A stretch of 64,000 bases of DNA from Laetmonice hystrix (Eukaryota). Location of the stretch: the NCBI GenBank assembly GCA_965235115.1, contig OZ249445.1, positions 2,914,001 through 2,978,000 on the forward strand, in the 5' to 3' direction. The notes under the pieces were generated by a model. It was not told the DNA's origin. It saw only the letters and a list, made by a program, of their open reading frames with translations, and made no database searches. Position 1 is the stretch's first letter; each line of letters opens with the position of its first letter. Of the stretch, positions 23,604 through 38,664 are shown piece after piece. Made by a program: the position numbers and the translations under genes.

Positions 23604-26600
23604 AAGACACAAGTCTCATTGCCATTATTTACACGCAGTGACTCGAACACAAACTGACATCTTGAGGTTTTAGAAATAAACGCTACAGTTAAATTCCGGG
23701 TCTACCATCATTGGCCCCTGCGAAGCACAATAACCTTGTCTGACTGGCAATGCATATCTCGCTACGGGTTAAAGTGAGAATAAAATGCAAAAAGTTACGC
23801 CAGAATTTTCCACACTGCACCAATCAAAGTGCAGTTAAGAAGCCAGAGTAGAATCGTTCATTTACATTTCTCTTTGCCCCGCACTCATTTCCTCCTATGT
23901 CGGGGAGAACGCCTGGAGAGCTGGCCACCAGACGTTAATTGTGCACCACGGGAAACTTTTTTGATGAGTCAGAGACAGTTCTGCTTTACCGGTTACGTTA
24001 GCTTTCCCGCCATCACGCTAGGCGTCAACGCGCCACTTCCAATTTCCTTTTCCCCGCTTCCTTGTTTCCCCAACTGATACAGCACGTTCTTTTTGTTCGC
24101 CACCATGAACATTTCAATTTATGTGCAGCGACTTTTCATGTGCACTGAGAGCGTACATGAAGTGGGTGTACTTCACACCAGGCGAGAACAACTCTACCTT
24201 TTCATGTCATTGTGAGAGAAACAGGAGAAAAATGGACCGAACACTTTGGGGGCCCTGGCTGGGTATTTTTTGGAGGGGCTGTGTGATGTTCACACATCAT
24301 GCTGCCGCTGTACCGCTCGTGTTTTGTCGCCAGCCGTTGTACCGCTCGTGTTTTGTCGCCAGCCGTTGTAGTGATGGGAGACAATGGGTTTCGGTAGATG
24401 GTTATTTAAAGGGATCCCAGTAAGGTACACCGGGTTATGTTGGGTTGGTTTGGTAGGTAACAGTCTCTGTCAACCTCACGCCCCTTTGGAAAGCAAGATT
24501 GCAGTGTTTAAGGCATTGTTTGCTGTTTTAATGTTGTTTAACAACGTAGTTTTAATCCAGCTCCCTCGCTCTTCATCAGTCAACTACTGACGGATCACTT
24601 GTCAACCAACCATACACGCGATCTGACAAAACCATCAAACGTGAGACAAAACAGCCCTGTAAAAGCACCCCCTGAACGGAGTACAGTACCCTCTAAACGT
24701 GTGTGTGTGTGTGTGTGGGGGGGGGGGGGTACTGCCTGCACCAGACTGTCTCCGTATGTGTGTAGTTTCTCTGACAGGGTAAACTTCTGGACGTCTTGAT
24801 TAAGTTTCTGCACGTATTTTTATTTTATTCGTCTTCCCATTAATATCGACTGAATGAAATTTGGCGTACACTTGTCAATAACTATTTTACTGCCAAGGTG
24901 ACGGTTGACCACCATTCTCATAACTTACAACCTGGGCTGCAGAGATAGCAACGGGTTTGGTCCTTGGTACTTCAAGACCCACGCCCAAGTTTTCTCTGCT
25001 GGAAGGCAAGGAGCCAAGTGCAAATTAACAATAAACTTGTAGAAATAACCCTTGATCAGTGTGTAATGCCACCCCCTTCCCTCACTGCCGCTGTCTTCCC
25101 TAAATCCGTTAGCAATGAAATTTGCGATAATTGCATGCTTTCATAAATAAATGCACAATGGGAACAGCGAGGAAGAAATGCGAAAACACTGTCAAGTTAC
25201 ATGATACGAGGTGCACCATGATTCCCTTTCATGTAAATTCACAGGAATTAAACTTAATGGAGCTGGAAAATATTTAAAGTAAAGGGAACGATCTTTTTTT
25301 CTCTTTCTTCTCTTCCAGTGCACTTTCAAATCAGATGACAAATTCCCAGCTGTCAGTCCCGAGTTGTCCTGCCCGGCTGTGGGTGTGTGAGCCGGGCAGT
25401 GGGTGGCCGTCAGATGGCCAGTTACGGCTGCAATCTACAATGGGGCATTGCATGGTTATTAGGATTTCACTGTTTCAAGGCAGTTAATCCACCTCTATTG
25501 TTCTGCTAATCTGGCGAGGCAGTCTCGCCTAACAGTGGGCAGTGTAAGCCTTCCCATGGCGAGGCCCACTACAGTGATGGCTGTAAGCCTTCCCACAGCG
25601 GGACAGATCTGAGCAAGCCCCTCCTCTAGGAACTCATGACCAACGGCTCTGAGTCCTACGACTGAAATATTCTAAACCTATCTATATCAACCGAAAAGTC
25701 TCAGTTCATACTCTATAGGAACAAATGTTCCTAGGCTCTGGGCCTATTTATAATGACTGCAAGCCTACATGAGATCTAAACTATGTAATTACAATTTACA
25801 TAGGTTTAGACGGACAACGACTTGCACCCCACATATTGTGATCAATGTGGAGCGTGAGTCCTGCTATTGTACCCACGTTCTGTACCTCCATATCCAGATC
25901 TCTCTGTCGTTGTATTCATTGACCGCTGCACCTCTTGACCTGGTTTTAAACTCCAGGCCTCAGCGACCAATACCTCAGAGTAACCACACGCAAGTCCTCA
26001 TAAGTTTGCTGACCAAGCTTTCAGTCCGAGCACCAACAAACAATCGGTTTCCACCAGATTTCCTCGTGTCTTTCCTAATATGGACCATTAACATAAATTT
26101 CCATCTAATACCCCAACTCTCACTTTTAGAGAGACACACAATCGTACCGGCTGCGATAATATTTCCCGGTGCCAGCTAACCTTGCAAATTGTAATATTTT
26201 GGATTCATTGCTGCGTGTCATTCGTCGTGTTGGAGGATTCATTGCAAGTCCTGGTGGCAATTGGAATTCTACGGGGTGGTGAGTGTCCAGTCCGACCAGC
26301 AGTGACCAGGAGGGGTTGAATGGAGCCGTGGGGGTGGGCTCATCACCCTACCCTTGTATCTCTCATGGTACACTGATCTCTGGAGCGTGCAGGGATTCGC
26401 ACACCATGGGAGGGGGCGAGGAGGGAGGGGGCCGCGTGTAGAGGGAGGGGGCAGGGGAGGGGGAGGGGGCAGGGGGAGGGGCAGGGAGGGGAGGGACCAG
26501 GGGCAGGGAGACTTTCACACGGACCAGGGGAAGAGTAGCGGTTGGTTGAGGCAGGACATTAATCTCCCCAAACATGTGTTGCATAATTTGATTGAGAACG

Positions 26601-26950
26601 TAGCATGTGTTCTGGGAGCGACCAGTGCTACAGGACTCTTCATTACCTGCGCTTTTAATAACTTTCCGCTTGTGCCATGACGCTGGCGAGGCGCCCCAAC
26701 CACTGGGCCCTTGTCCCCAATGTGCGCTCGCATGTGCGCATGCATGCACGTGCACGGAGATTCATTGTCGGCCCTTTGAACAGGCTCATCCCAGCACGCC
26801 CGTTCACATTAATTGCAGATTACCCATCATCTACACCCAGCCTGGCAAAACTACCAACAGCTCAGCAAGAAAAAAAGACGGCCGCCTTCCATTGCATATT
26901 TCATAGGAAAGCCGCGGCAGCACGGTGGATGTCTCCGGCAGGCGACCGTC

Positions 26951-27010
26951 CCCGGGCCTGCAGCCCCGGCCTGCAGCCCCGGCCTGCAGCCCCGGCCTGC
27001 AGCCCCGGCC
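26951..27010. repeat. 13-bp GC-rich repeat (ctgcagccccggc), ~4 copies
   Basis: Directly visible. Confidence 0.9.
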
Positions 27011-29690
27011 GATCCGCCAGTCCTGACACCCGATTATTCATGATATCTCACTGATAGTTTCCATAGTTAAGTGGCACGCTCCGGACCGCCGCCCGTATTG
27101 GCATCACATTTCATTCCAATATAACCACAAGCACTTTTGTCTCATCATCCATTCACTCCAGGCTGCTCCACACCAAAGTCATTTTCAAATCAACGAGAGG
27201 AAATGATCTTCAGGTCTCTGTGCCACTACTTGATAATTTTGATTACAGTATTAACACCCCCCTCCACCTGCCCAAGGGGTGTCCATTCAGTATCTCATCG
27301 AAAACATCATTTTATAGGCCCTATAGGTGACAACAATGATAAAAGGTAGCTCTCAATGGATGCCTCCATCTCGGACTGTTTATGTTCGAGGAGGGATTCC
27401 ATACGGTGGTCGGTTCACGACTTCATCAGGGAAATTAACAACTGGAGGCTGCCACCTTGCATCCATACTACAGAACCCAAGGACAGCTGCAGACAGACAC
27501 AATCATTCAATATCTCACATATTGTCTCCGACACAAGCAGATGTAATTGCAACAATTCCCATAGCAATGATAATGACACTCAGGGCCCACTGAATACAAT
27601 AGACGCTGCATGTCCACAGACAATCTAAAACTCAGGAGTGACAAATGTCGGAACTAAACCCTAAACCTTCCATATCTCAGGTGGGTGCCCCTGGTAGGAC
27701 CACTATGTACGGTCCCGGGAGTACCAGACATGCTGATAGTTCTCACTCACTACACTCTATACTCTTAACGTTCGACTATATATCACATCACTGGCCTTGG
27801 CTGCGCAGGTGTGCGGAAAGTGTCGCCCCCTGCTGGACATAAGATACAACAAGTAAAAATATTTAAAAAGAATAACTGGAATATTTCTAAGTCAGTAGCA
27901 CGCAGACAGCAGTGGTTTGTACTGGTTGTGGGCCACCCTGTACCCTGGGTTCCGAGGGAGGGGGGGGTACTCCTCCACCTACCCGCTACCATGGCAAGTT
28001 TAAATACCCAATCACTAAAAAAGGATCGCCTTTAGCTTTAGAGTCGGCCATAGTGACTGTGAAACTGGGGTTTGTGAACTTCAAGCACATTTACCTACAC
28101 CCAGAACTTTTATTAAAAGAACTTCCATGGAAATAAAAGCCCCGACTGAATGGGATATTTCCAATAAACACATTGAGGAAGGTCGTTTCCAACGGTCCTG
28201 GATTGTATCAGTCTGTCTGCTAAGATTTCAGACTCGGGAGCCAGGGGCTTGGGGCAAAGTCCCCCATGCATGCTTGGATCATCGTAGTGTGCGATAATTA
28301 GTTCATAACCTAATGCTAAGATCCGTGCCGAGGCTGAAACCTCGTGAGCCGTGCACCAAAAACCTCCACCAAAGACATCCGCTGTCACAAAGGCGCGATT
28401 TTCTATCAGGCTGATCACGAGACGCGCGTGGGCTCAGTCCGTGAATTCAGCCTTTCTAATTATTCCACGAGTTATTCATAATTGGTGACAGAGGTCTAAT
28501 GCCAGTGGCCACGTATTTTTGTGTCCATCCAGCCACAACCCTGTGTGAGTGTATTGGATTTAGCCTTGGTGCGCTCAGCCAAGCGGCGGGGTGTTAGAGC
28601 TGAAAGATTTCCTCAGTCTGGTTCAAGAACACGTTCCTTTAATTTGTAAAGCCGAGTTAAGTTCCAACCCCTGCCGATTTTAGGGGTGAAAAAAGCATGT
28701 CTGAGCAGGGCAATAGAGAGTGGATTACGATGAGCGAGGGGTGGAGGTGGGCGGTGGAGGGGAGGGTTAAGTCGGGCGGCCAGGTGTAGAGATGAAGACC
28801 GCCAGGTGGCTGGAAGTCGGCGGAGCCTTCCCTGTGGGTCTGCCGGGGCCGGTCACCGGCCCGGGGAACAGGTAATCCTGCTTCTACGAGAACCACCCCC
28901 TGAGATAATCCCTGCCGTGGGAATCCCCCCCCCCCCTCCCAGCTCAACGGGGTTGTGGGGTGAAGCAAACTGAAAGGGAACGGGGTGGAAGGACGCTGGG
29001 GCGGGCTTTCATGAGAACCATTGGACCGAAGGGGGCCATGGAGGCGACGGTCGGGGACCCAGCAGTCCCTGAATGAAGCCTGTTATCGGCAAGCCCCGAT
29101 TTGCTCTGTAAAAATGATGAACATTTTGTAGATCTTCGTTTGTGGCCTGGTTACCCAAGTGTCGGCTTCAATTGAAACTGACCACAGCGGTGGGGACAAG
29201 GCGGAGTCTACAGTGTCGACTGTCCCAGGGTACCGGGCCGTGTTCCCGTGTGGAGGACATTCTCCTGCCAATCACTCAAACATACTCAATCCTTCATAAT
29301 TCATTGCTCTATAATACCTGAATGTCCATGATACATTGGTATACATTTCTCAACCTTCACCCCCTAAAGAACCCCGTCCAAAAACACCAATAAAACACTG
29401 CATGAGGGAAGTAGGGCAACATAAGGGATGCGACAAAAACTGCTCCGATCTCCAGCATCCAACAGGTCTACTTGACATGCTCCTTTCTCTTATTGTTCTG
29501 TCAATATCTATAGATCTGCGGATCCGGCTCTCCGACTGTCTGAGAATAGCACCCATTGATTAGCTCCTTGTCGCCCTACAGGCTCTCAACAACCCCCTAA
29601 GTAGCACAGCCCACCAACCAGCGCCTCTTTCGGTTAGCACCACCACCAAATCAATGTATTACCCCATAACTTTTTTCATGTCGCTGCTGC

Positions 29691-30603
29691 TCCGGAGTAT
29701 GGGATAGGAATGTTCTCATCTTCCTCAAACCATCACTGCCACTATGTTCCGGAGTATGGGATAGGAATGTTCTCATCTTCCTCAAACCATCACTGCCACT
29801 ATGTTCCGGAGTATGGGATAGGAATGTTCTCATCTTCCTCAAACCATCACTGCCACTATGTTCCGGAGTATGGGATAGGAATGTTCTCATCTTCCTCAAA
29901 CAATCACAGCCACTATGTTCCGGAGTATGGGATAGGAATGTTCTCATCTTCCTCAAACCATCACTGCCACTATGTTCCGGAGTATGGGATAGGGATGTTC
30001 TCATCTTCCTCAAACCATCACTGCCACTATGTTCCGGAGTATGGGATAGGAATGTTCTCATCTTTCTCAAACCATCACTGCCACTATGTTCCGGAGTATG
30101 GGATAGGAATGTTCTCATCTTCCTCAAACCATCACTGCCACTATGTTCCGGAGTATGGGATAGGAATGTTCTCATCTTCCTCAAACCATCACTGCCACTA
30201 TGTTCCGGAGTATGGGATAGGAATGTTCTCATCTTCCTCAAACCATCACTGCCACTATGTTCCGGAGTATGGGATAGGAATGTTCTCATCTTCCTCAAAC
30301 CATCACTGCCACTATGTTCCGGAGTATGGGATAGGAATGTTCTCATCTTCCTCAAACCATCACTGCCACTATGTTCCGGAGTATGGGATAGGAATCTTCT
30401 CATCTTCCTCAAACAATCACTGCCACTATGTTCCGGAGTATGGGATAGGAATGTTCTCATCTTCCTCAAACCATCACTGCCACTATGTTCCGGAGTATGG
30501 GATAGGAATGTTCTCATCTTCCTCAAACAATCACTGCCACTATGTTCCGGAGTATGGGATAGGAATCTTCTCATCTTCCTCAAACAATCACTGCCACTAT
30601 GTT
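29691..30603. repeat. 57-bp minisatellite, 16 copies
   Basis: Unit tatgttccggagtatgggataggaatgttctcatcttcctcaaaccatcactgccac. It gives 19-aa periodic ORFs on both strands. Confidence 0.98.
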
Positions 30604-33406
30604 GATTTCCTGACCATACATGGTGGCGTGTTGGTCACACGACGGTCACAGTGGTATGGTTGAATGTGACGAGGGTATCTTTGTAACAAATGAAGCTACT
30701 TTGATTTTATAGGTCGTGACGGGATTAATATTTCCTGGATGGAGAAAGGATTCCTAACTGATCCTAATTACTAAAGAAGGGGACATAGTAAACACCGACG
30801 TTAACCGAGGGTGTATGTAGTTCGCCGTCTCGTATCCCTTAACTCTGGAGCTACCCCCACCATCTGTTAGCACAATGCATGACCCTAAGGTTACGACATT
30901 GAACAAAACATTTAAACAAGAATTAAACAGATTTCTTACAAGTAATATCTTGCTCTAAATTTCCTTATGTCATTCGTTGTGACTTATTCTACCAACCAGA
31001 TGCCGAATGATTCTCCAATAGTTTATAAATCGACTCCAACTTCTCGGATCCCTGTGAGAACTTTTGTCCGGCAGTGATGGCAAACACTATCGGATAGCAA
31101 ACAGACTTGAGGCGGTGAGGTACGAGTTGACCTAAGGTCGGCGGGGTCAGTCAGAACCAATGAGACTGGCTCCTCTCACTTTGTGATGGTTTAACTTTAA
31201 TTGGACAGCCACCATTAGCCTTGCTAGTGGCAGCGACTTGCAGTCGTTGGCTCTCACAGCTTGTGTTGTTACCACTGGCAACACGGCCATCTCGCGGCAG
31301 CCGCAGCCAGCACAGCCCGACGGAAGGAGTTGAAGCAGCGGCAGGCCTCACCACCAGATGAAAGGATTCGGCTAGCGACTGAGGTGGAAAAGTAAAAGGT
31401 TTTGCCGGGCGCTAAAAGCGGCCTGGGAACGGGGCCGCATGTTGCGATTGTCTCGGGCATTGTGCAGGGTGGTCCTGCAGGCAGCCTTGCTACAAGGACA
31501 CCAATGACAGCACTCTTTGTGTGCCCTAAACGGCCCTATCTACTCACTCACGCGCACGCACGCGCAGGCACGTGCGTAAAAAACCAACGCGCACGTTCAC
31601 ATACCGGAAGTATGGTGTCAGGTAGACGGCTGGTGGAGGCCTTGAGGAAGGAAGGATAGAGGGCCTCACTGAGACATACACCACGGTCAATGGTCCTTTG
31701 ACCGCATCATGGGACTCTACCCACCCGGGATCAAATCTACCCAACTCAGCCAGGCCATGCGACATTCAACACAGCATCTCGCCGCTCAATCCTCCCACAA
31801 AAATGCCACAGACATTTTCTCTTTGTTTCATGATACAATAGCCATCTACCTTTTGTTCTGGAATGCAATAAGCAGGTATTTGTAATGTGCACTGTAAAGG
31901 TTTATCGTTTGAAGGCTGTACACTCCTTGCCCCGAATCTCAGCTGTACACGGGTTTTACGGTTGTGGCGAGGACCACTCGGGTGGTCGGCTGTGTCAGAG
32001 AGCTTGGAATCATTCTGCTTCCATTGTGCAGACACCTAGAAGACGACAGTGACAGGAGGATGGAGGACAAGGTCGGGTATCAGTCACGGGCGGCGAGGGT
32101 AGGGAGGGGGACGGAGAATCTGGGAAAGCTTTTTGTTCGGCAGGATGGGGCCATGAAGTGTGACATTAAAGAGCTGGCTAGATGAGAAGTACACGGTGTT
32201 TGTTTCTGTTCAGGAATATGTTTGCCCTGGCTTGCCCAAACAAGAAGTAACCAGGAAAGACATTAGGCTAGAGATTCCAGGCCTGCCCTCAACAATAGCC
32301 TCGCCTCCACGGGCGGCTACTGCAGACTCCCTATGTCAATCTATAAACACTTTCCCAAAGGCAGCACAGAATATCTTTTGAATGCGATTTGTTCACAAGC
32401 TCTTTGTCAAATTAAAAGCTCTTTGTGCCATTAGAGCTGAGGGCATAATAGCCAGTATCGGTGGCGTTCGAATAAGCTGGCTGACTGGACACCTAATGCA
32501 TTTCCCATTCTGTCGGCAGAGAGCGGTTGGTGAATAGAAGCAGGCCCGGACGATGTCCGCGAACGCATTAAGACGCGTTACTTACGACCACTGCCTCGCA
32601 AGGCCAAGCCACACTAGATGGCAGACGGGCACAAAAAGATGGCAGGGAGGACGCGTAGAGAAGTCACTGCCCCGGCCTACGAAACAATCCCACAGCCACC
32701 CGAAAAAAAAGTTCGGATGATCTTCCAGGCCAGTGCCGCTCAATGCCGTCAGCTTCAGAGCACATGTTGGGAATGAAGTTATTTCACATAACCATAGCCC
32801 TGGCCTTTATAATTACCCAAATAGCAGAGGAGCACAATGCTGGGGCCCTGTCGCCTCATTAGGCCTGGCGGAAGGGGAAATGAAAACACCTTCTACAGTT
32901 CGTGGGGCGGTGCTCAGTGGCTGTGAAAAGAGTGTGGGCCAGTGAGTGGGACGGAGATGGAGAGGTCGGCTTACAGAGCGCCGCTCCCCGGCCATATTGT
33001 CTTGCCTCCATCCTCACCATACCCTTGTGGTATTCTCGGCAGGCCTGACAAGTCCTCTTGCCGGCCCAACGTGCCCGACTTTCGCCCGCCGTGGAGCCTG
33101 TCGCAGCTGCGACTGACTCTTGGTAATAAGGATGTCAGCAGGTTGCCCTAGCCCTCCCTGCCAAACAGCCTGGCCAGAAACAGCAGTCACGAGCCGCCAG
33201 CCCCTGCCCTGGCCTGACCAGGCGAGGCCGCTGATGAAGTGCGCCGGACCTGCCCCGGCAAATTGAGCGGGACAGGTGTAATTAAAGTGAGGAAATGATA
33301 TGGCCCACTCCGGCCAGCGTGGCCGCACCTTTTCATTGGCGAGTGGGAGTAAGGAGTGGTAATGAGCACATGAGGGAGAGACATGATCAGGGGTTGTCAC
33401 AACCGG

Positions 33407-33748
33407 GTGACTGGGCTGTACAGCATGGGTTGATGGACAGACAGGGCCAGCTCAGACTGCACAGTGACTGGGCTGTCAATGGGCTCAGGGACAGGGTCGG
33501 TTTCTGACTGCACAGTGACTGGGCTGTCCAGCATGGGCTCAGGGACAGGGCCAGCTCAGACTGCACAGTGACTGGGCTCTCAATGGGCTCAGGGACAGGG
33601 CCGATTTCTGACTGCACAGTGACTGGGCTGTCCAGCATGAGCTCTGGGACAGGACCGATTTCTGACTGCACATTGACTGGCGTGTACAGCAAGGATGACG
33701 GGCAGGGCCGTTTTAGGCTGCACACTGAATGGCTGATGGACAGGGCCA
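33407..33748. repeat. ~53-bp degenerate minisatellite, ~6 copies
   Basis: Unit gactgcacagtgactgggctgtccagcatgggctcagggacagggccagctca, with variants. Confidence 0.92.
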
Positions 33749-36700
33749 ACTTTATTTGCTGAACAGAAGCTGCAAGAATTGTAAAACTACAACCAAATCC
33801 AACCTTTCCTTTCAGTGACAAAACGCCGAGTCTCAATCTCAGGAACGTATATCAAGACAGTGCCTCCGCCTTTCTATAGCTATAGCTATATGTAACTCAT
33901 GACAAAAGACGATTCCCATGCTCTTAATCTGACGAGATAATCAGTAGGCGGATTAAAGCTAATATGTGTATAACGACACGCAATTACTGGCATGATCTCC
34001 GGGCTGGGCGTCCGCCTGCTCTCTCCTAGGTCCGTACACATCTACCATCACGGAGTATGGCTTTATCGCGATCACCCAACGTCCACTCTGTCCATCTCCG
34101 GACAGATATCAGCTGTCAGCGACTACATCTGAAAACTCGCTGCAGCTGGCCGATAGCTCAGCAAACCCTTGGCTTGTCTCTGTTTGAAACCAGCATGCCA
34201 TTTATTACCGCCACCCCAGGCCTTCCCTCCACGCACTGCTCCACTGCACCATCACTCAACATGTACATTTCAAAAATGAAACCCATTAACTTTGGAACAA
34301 ACCTGCACTGGCAAATCTAGCCACCCGCACACTATCTCTGCTCTACTACATTTGAGAAATGAAAGCTGTCGTTGGCTTCGCTCTCGCAATCTTCCCCTGG
34401 TCGTAATCTCAGATGGTGCCGTAGTGAGGAGTGCGGGGGTCTCATGGCCTCGGCCTGCTGACAACCACTGGCCGGGGGGATCGGAGCAGCAAGGGCCAAT
34501 CATATACTCGGCTCCCCACCGACCAATAACTGTATTGCCTAACTTTCTGCTCCTATGACCACTGACTTTGACACCGCCACAATCTTTCACAGCCTGCGGG
34601 TGCCGCCAACCCCCTTCACCAACCCCCACCCCACCCCCGTCAATCATTTCATAACCTTTTAAGATAGTCTGTGACGAGTTTTCCATTTCCTTCATATGGA
34701 ACTCAAGCGATGGTTTCGTCATCAAGATGAGAAGGAGCATTACTTGGCCGGTAAAACCAGCCATATCTCAAGATTGTGCGGCGGGTGAGCAGAGTTTCTG
34801 TACGTATCCGTACAGGAGTATATCGTGGGGTGAAGGCCCCAACATAGGGCGCCCACAGTACAGGGGGGAGGGGTACAGGGTGGGGGTTCTCATGCTTCAC
34901 GATATATTCGTATAAAACCGTCATGGAATACGCCAACTGTTAAATAGAAAAGTCGAGTGGTTCACAGATGAGTGCCGACTTGTAATGTGAAGTGTGACAG
35001 GCCGGAGGATGTTGGGATCGACGAGGTTAGTGAGACGGATCTAAAGGAAGACGGTACGAATGATTTAATGTCGCCTAAACCCAGGGTCAATCCATTGACT
35101 TGAGTGTGCCTCTGCAATAGTTATTCCATACAATCTTACACTGTAGCCTGCCAGTGTTAATCTACAATAACGGCACAGTAAATCCTTCATAACTTCCTTT
35201 ATGTCGAATGCTGTCTTCGCGGTCGGACCACCGACTGAGAGCCGACGATAATCCAACACATCCCATTTGGAGTAGCAGGATAAGCGGTCCAAGAATCAGC
35301 TCCACGGAGCTCTTCCCGACCTTGGTTCATTTGGCCATCAGTCTTATGTGGTGTGTGGCCATCGATGAGGCCACGGCCGGGCTCAGACTACGGCCCCCAA
35401 AACTCGCCTATCTCCATCCGGGCCACTACTGTATTAATCCGTGTGGGTTCTCATCTGTGGCTGGGCCGTTTGTGGCCGTACTGGGGCTAATATGGCGGCA
35501 CTATTCGGGACGATGGATGAGGGGGTGAACGTATCTCAATCTCTGTACCCCGACTGCCCCCAGCGTCGACACAACGCAAGCAGCTCATTCCCTCAACTGT
35601 TATTAAAATGCGGGCCAGTTGGGCGCGTGAGAATGACTCGGGTCAGCATGGCCAAATGAGGTTGACCCTACCTCCCAAGACGGGTCTCGCCGGTGCCAGT
35701 GGCCGAGCCTATCAGCCGTCACGCTGGATATTGAAGGTCAGCCCAAGGTCGCTGCCCTCCTCTACTGGTACTTAGCACATGGTGGCGATCCGCGCATCTT
35801 TAACCTGTTATGAAGCCAATGGCTAACATGACATAAAGACATAAACCTACATCTATCCATGAACTGGGTCTTCACAAACAAGCAGTGATGAACACCCGCC
35901 AGCAGTGCCTCCATGAGGAAGTACCCCACGTGTTTAAACACCTGTCACTGGCCCCATCCCGCCCTGCCCCAGTCACTAAGTCTTTATTAACCCAACCCCG
36001 GACCGAACCCAAACTGACCTTTTATACCGGCAAGTGTTTCCCATGCGTTCAACTCATAACCTCCATGTCCAACACAAGCTCCATATTACATCCCTTAGCT
36101 CCCAGGACACGCTACACGAGAAGACACCCCCAAACTGCCAATACCCACCGCTCCAACAAGGCAATTGTTGTTACCGTATTGCATGAGGTTTTTCTTGTAC
36201 ACATCACCTAAGTGAAGGAAAGGATTCACATGCGGACGAGGTAGCCGTGGGGAAAGCTTTCAAATATCTATAAGACTGTCTGATAAACCCAGCCGGCTCC
36301 GACTCCTCCTAAAGGGCTGTAAATAACCGCAAGTGTCGGACTCCTCATGCAGAGGAACCAATCGCAATTTGTAGTTTTCTTTCTGTGGTTTTTTTCTCAC
36401 GCTGATATGAAGAAGCAGTTAAAAGTGTCGAGATGGGCCGCCGTCCGGTTGAGTCATTCATCACTTGCCGGGCCTGGCGTGGCGCCGGTACTTTGAGATG
36501 ACCATCTCGGAATCAGCATGGCGCACACTGATGATCATAGCACGGACCAAATCTCAACCCACCCCTGCTCTATGGCATCCTCCCCAGCAGAGATCACCTC
36601 CTCGGGCCATGTGCTCACATCCTACACTGCCATAATACTGACAACCCTAACATCGCAACATCTCTCCACGGCTGCCTTGCTGTACTGAAGAAATCACAAA

Positions 36701-38542
36701 TCGCAAGTTATTTATTTCAGAGGGAGATTCGTTGTTTTGCTGATTTTATATGCCCGCCTCAGCTCATTCATAAGATGTCAACTGGCGAGAATGAATTAGT
36801 CTAGAGGGGATAAGCTGTGCCACTGCATGCCCCCACAGCCGGCCTACCCCTGACCGTGACACTATCACTAGAAACAACCTCGACCGTAACATCGCATCCT
36901 TTTCCTACATCACTAGATCAGATCGGATGATTACCAACCTTGATCTGAGACTCCTACTACACTAACAACATAATTAACACCCCTCCGTGACTGCCCTTTA
37001 CAACCCACACCACCAACAAACGACTGTATGAATTACGTGGTCGTCAACGCTTGCTTTACGTTACAGACAATCACTATTTAAAGGCAGACAGCTCAGCTCA
37101 AGTGCTCCACCACAATAGTGTTATTTTTTTTTTATAAAACTCCTTTCCCCAGTTATCTAAATGCACTTACAATTACCGCTACTTCTCCCTTTGTGTGGCG
37201 TTCCCGTACATGGACAGAGACGCGCCACGTGATTGTAATTCATGGCGATGCTAATTCAGCTCTCCTCACTGGAATGTTATGTAATTTCCCTCCAAATGCA
37301 ACATAAAACCTAGCGATTCACACCTAGGATAATGTGAGGCGCACATAAACTGCTCTGAAGCATCATGACATCAAAGGCCTCACAATCAGCCTAGCCAGCA
37401 CATTGCCACATTTGCCAATTAAACCCAACACCACTCCAACTCGATTTAATTTTTGCCTGATTGGCGAGTTAAGTCTCGTTTGATATGTGGCTCCGTTGCC
37501 ATTGGAGATAAGAAGCTGGGACTTTCACTTCGGTATGAAGCTCTTAAACGTTCTTACTACCGGCAGACATTTTGTAAACAGCTTTACATTGTGTGTGGAC
37601 TGCAAAGCCAGCCCCACAGAAATATGTAAGCATAAGAAGTCTAAATAGCCTTGAGGGGACGAGTTGATGCCACATAAATACCACCAGGGCCAACTTATGT
37701 GGGGACCACATTATCCACGCCAGGGGCTCGTCATTGTTGTGCCAAGGTCGGGCGGACGCTGGCGCTGCAGCACGCCACGTGGTCGGGTTTTCAAGGGCTC
37801 GTTACACAATCCAGACGGAGACAATAGCGTTATGCATGCTTCCATGCCCCACACAGCAAGCCCTACCACTTGAACCCCGTCCATTGTTGGCGCGTCTCTC
37901 TCAAAGGCTCACTTGACCAGAACACCAATCACTTTTTATCCAGAACGGTCCCTGCCGTGTCGAGCACGTGCTGACCACGAGCCTCCAGACCAACGCTAGG
38001 TGGCGCACCGCTCCGAAATCTACTTAAAGGGCAGCAAAAATCCCTAAATACTCGTCAAATGGCGCTTGGACGTCACGGGTGGGACCATGGGCCCCAGCGT
38101 CCGGTAGGGGACCACACAGGCCATTGTTGTGGACAATGGTGGAAATAGGACGTGTGTCCACAGAGAGGTGTGAACGGGACGTGGGCTTGGAGGGAGGTAG
38201 GCGCCCGGTCTCTGGCCACGTGACCAGACCAGCCTCGTTCCCACTAACCCGAATCAAATCACTAAATCATCTTACACTGTTACAGTGTTAGCGAGCACTT
38301 TCAACCTGACGGTGCTGGATTACCACCCGATCACAATGGCCTGAGTGTGAGGTACAGTGTCCAGTGCTGCTATCCCTTCCTGCCATAGCCCATCATTATG
38401 GGGCTTTCCGGCCTTGGACCGCCATGCTTTCAGCAACCTGGACTTGTCATGTGTCTTCTCTGCACACCCTGAACCTGATGGCTTCTCTCTCGGCATCCGT
38501 TCCCACTAACACGCACCCACTCCCATCATTTTCTCTCGCCCT

Positions 38543-38664
38543 CCCAAACAACCCGCTAATAACTCAGCTCAGTCAGGATTATTTACACCAATCACCAACC
38601 ATTCCCAAACAACCCGCCAATAACCCAACCCATCCAGGATTATTTACACCAATCACCAACCATT
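38543..38664. repeat. Two-copy ~61-bp duplication
   Basis: cccaaacaacccgc.aataac..caggattatttacaccaatcaccaaccatt occurs twice. Confidence 0.85.

Noticed and set aside
27400-27430. Hammerhead ribozyme cores (CTGATGA here on the minus strand, and at about 24575, 33232, 52844 and 58705)
   Set aside because: None has stem II followed by GAAA plus the flanking stems.
28365-28390. Minus-strand QRMS resembling the end of the CUT domain
   Set aside because: It is immediately preceded by an in-frame TGA and followed by non-CUT residues.
34951-35025. tRNA-derived SINE head (gtcgagtggtt ... cttgtaa ... gggatcga)
   Set aside because: The A and B boxes are degenerate and no cloverleaf stems can be built.
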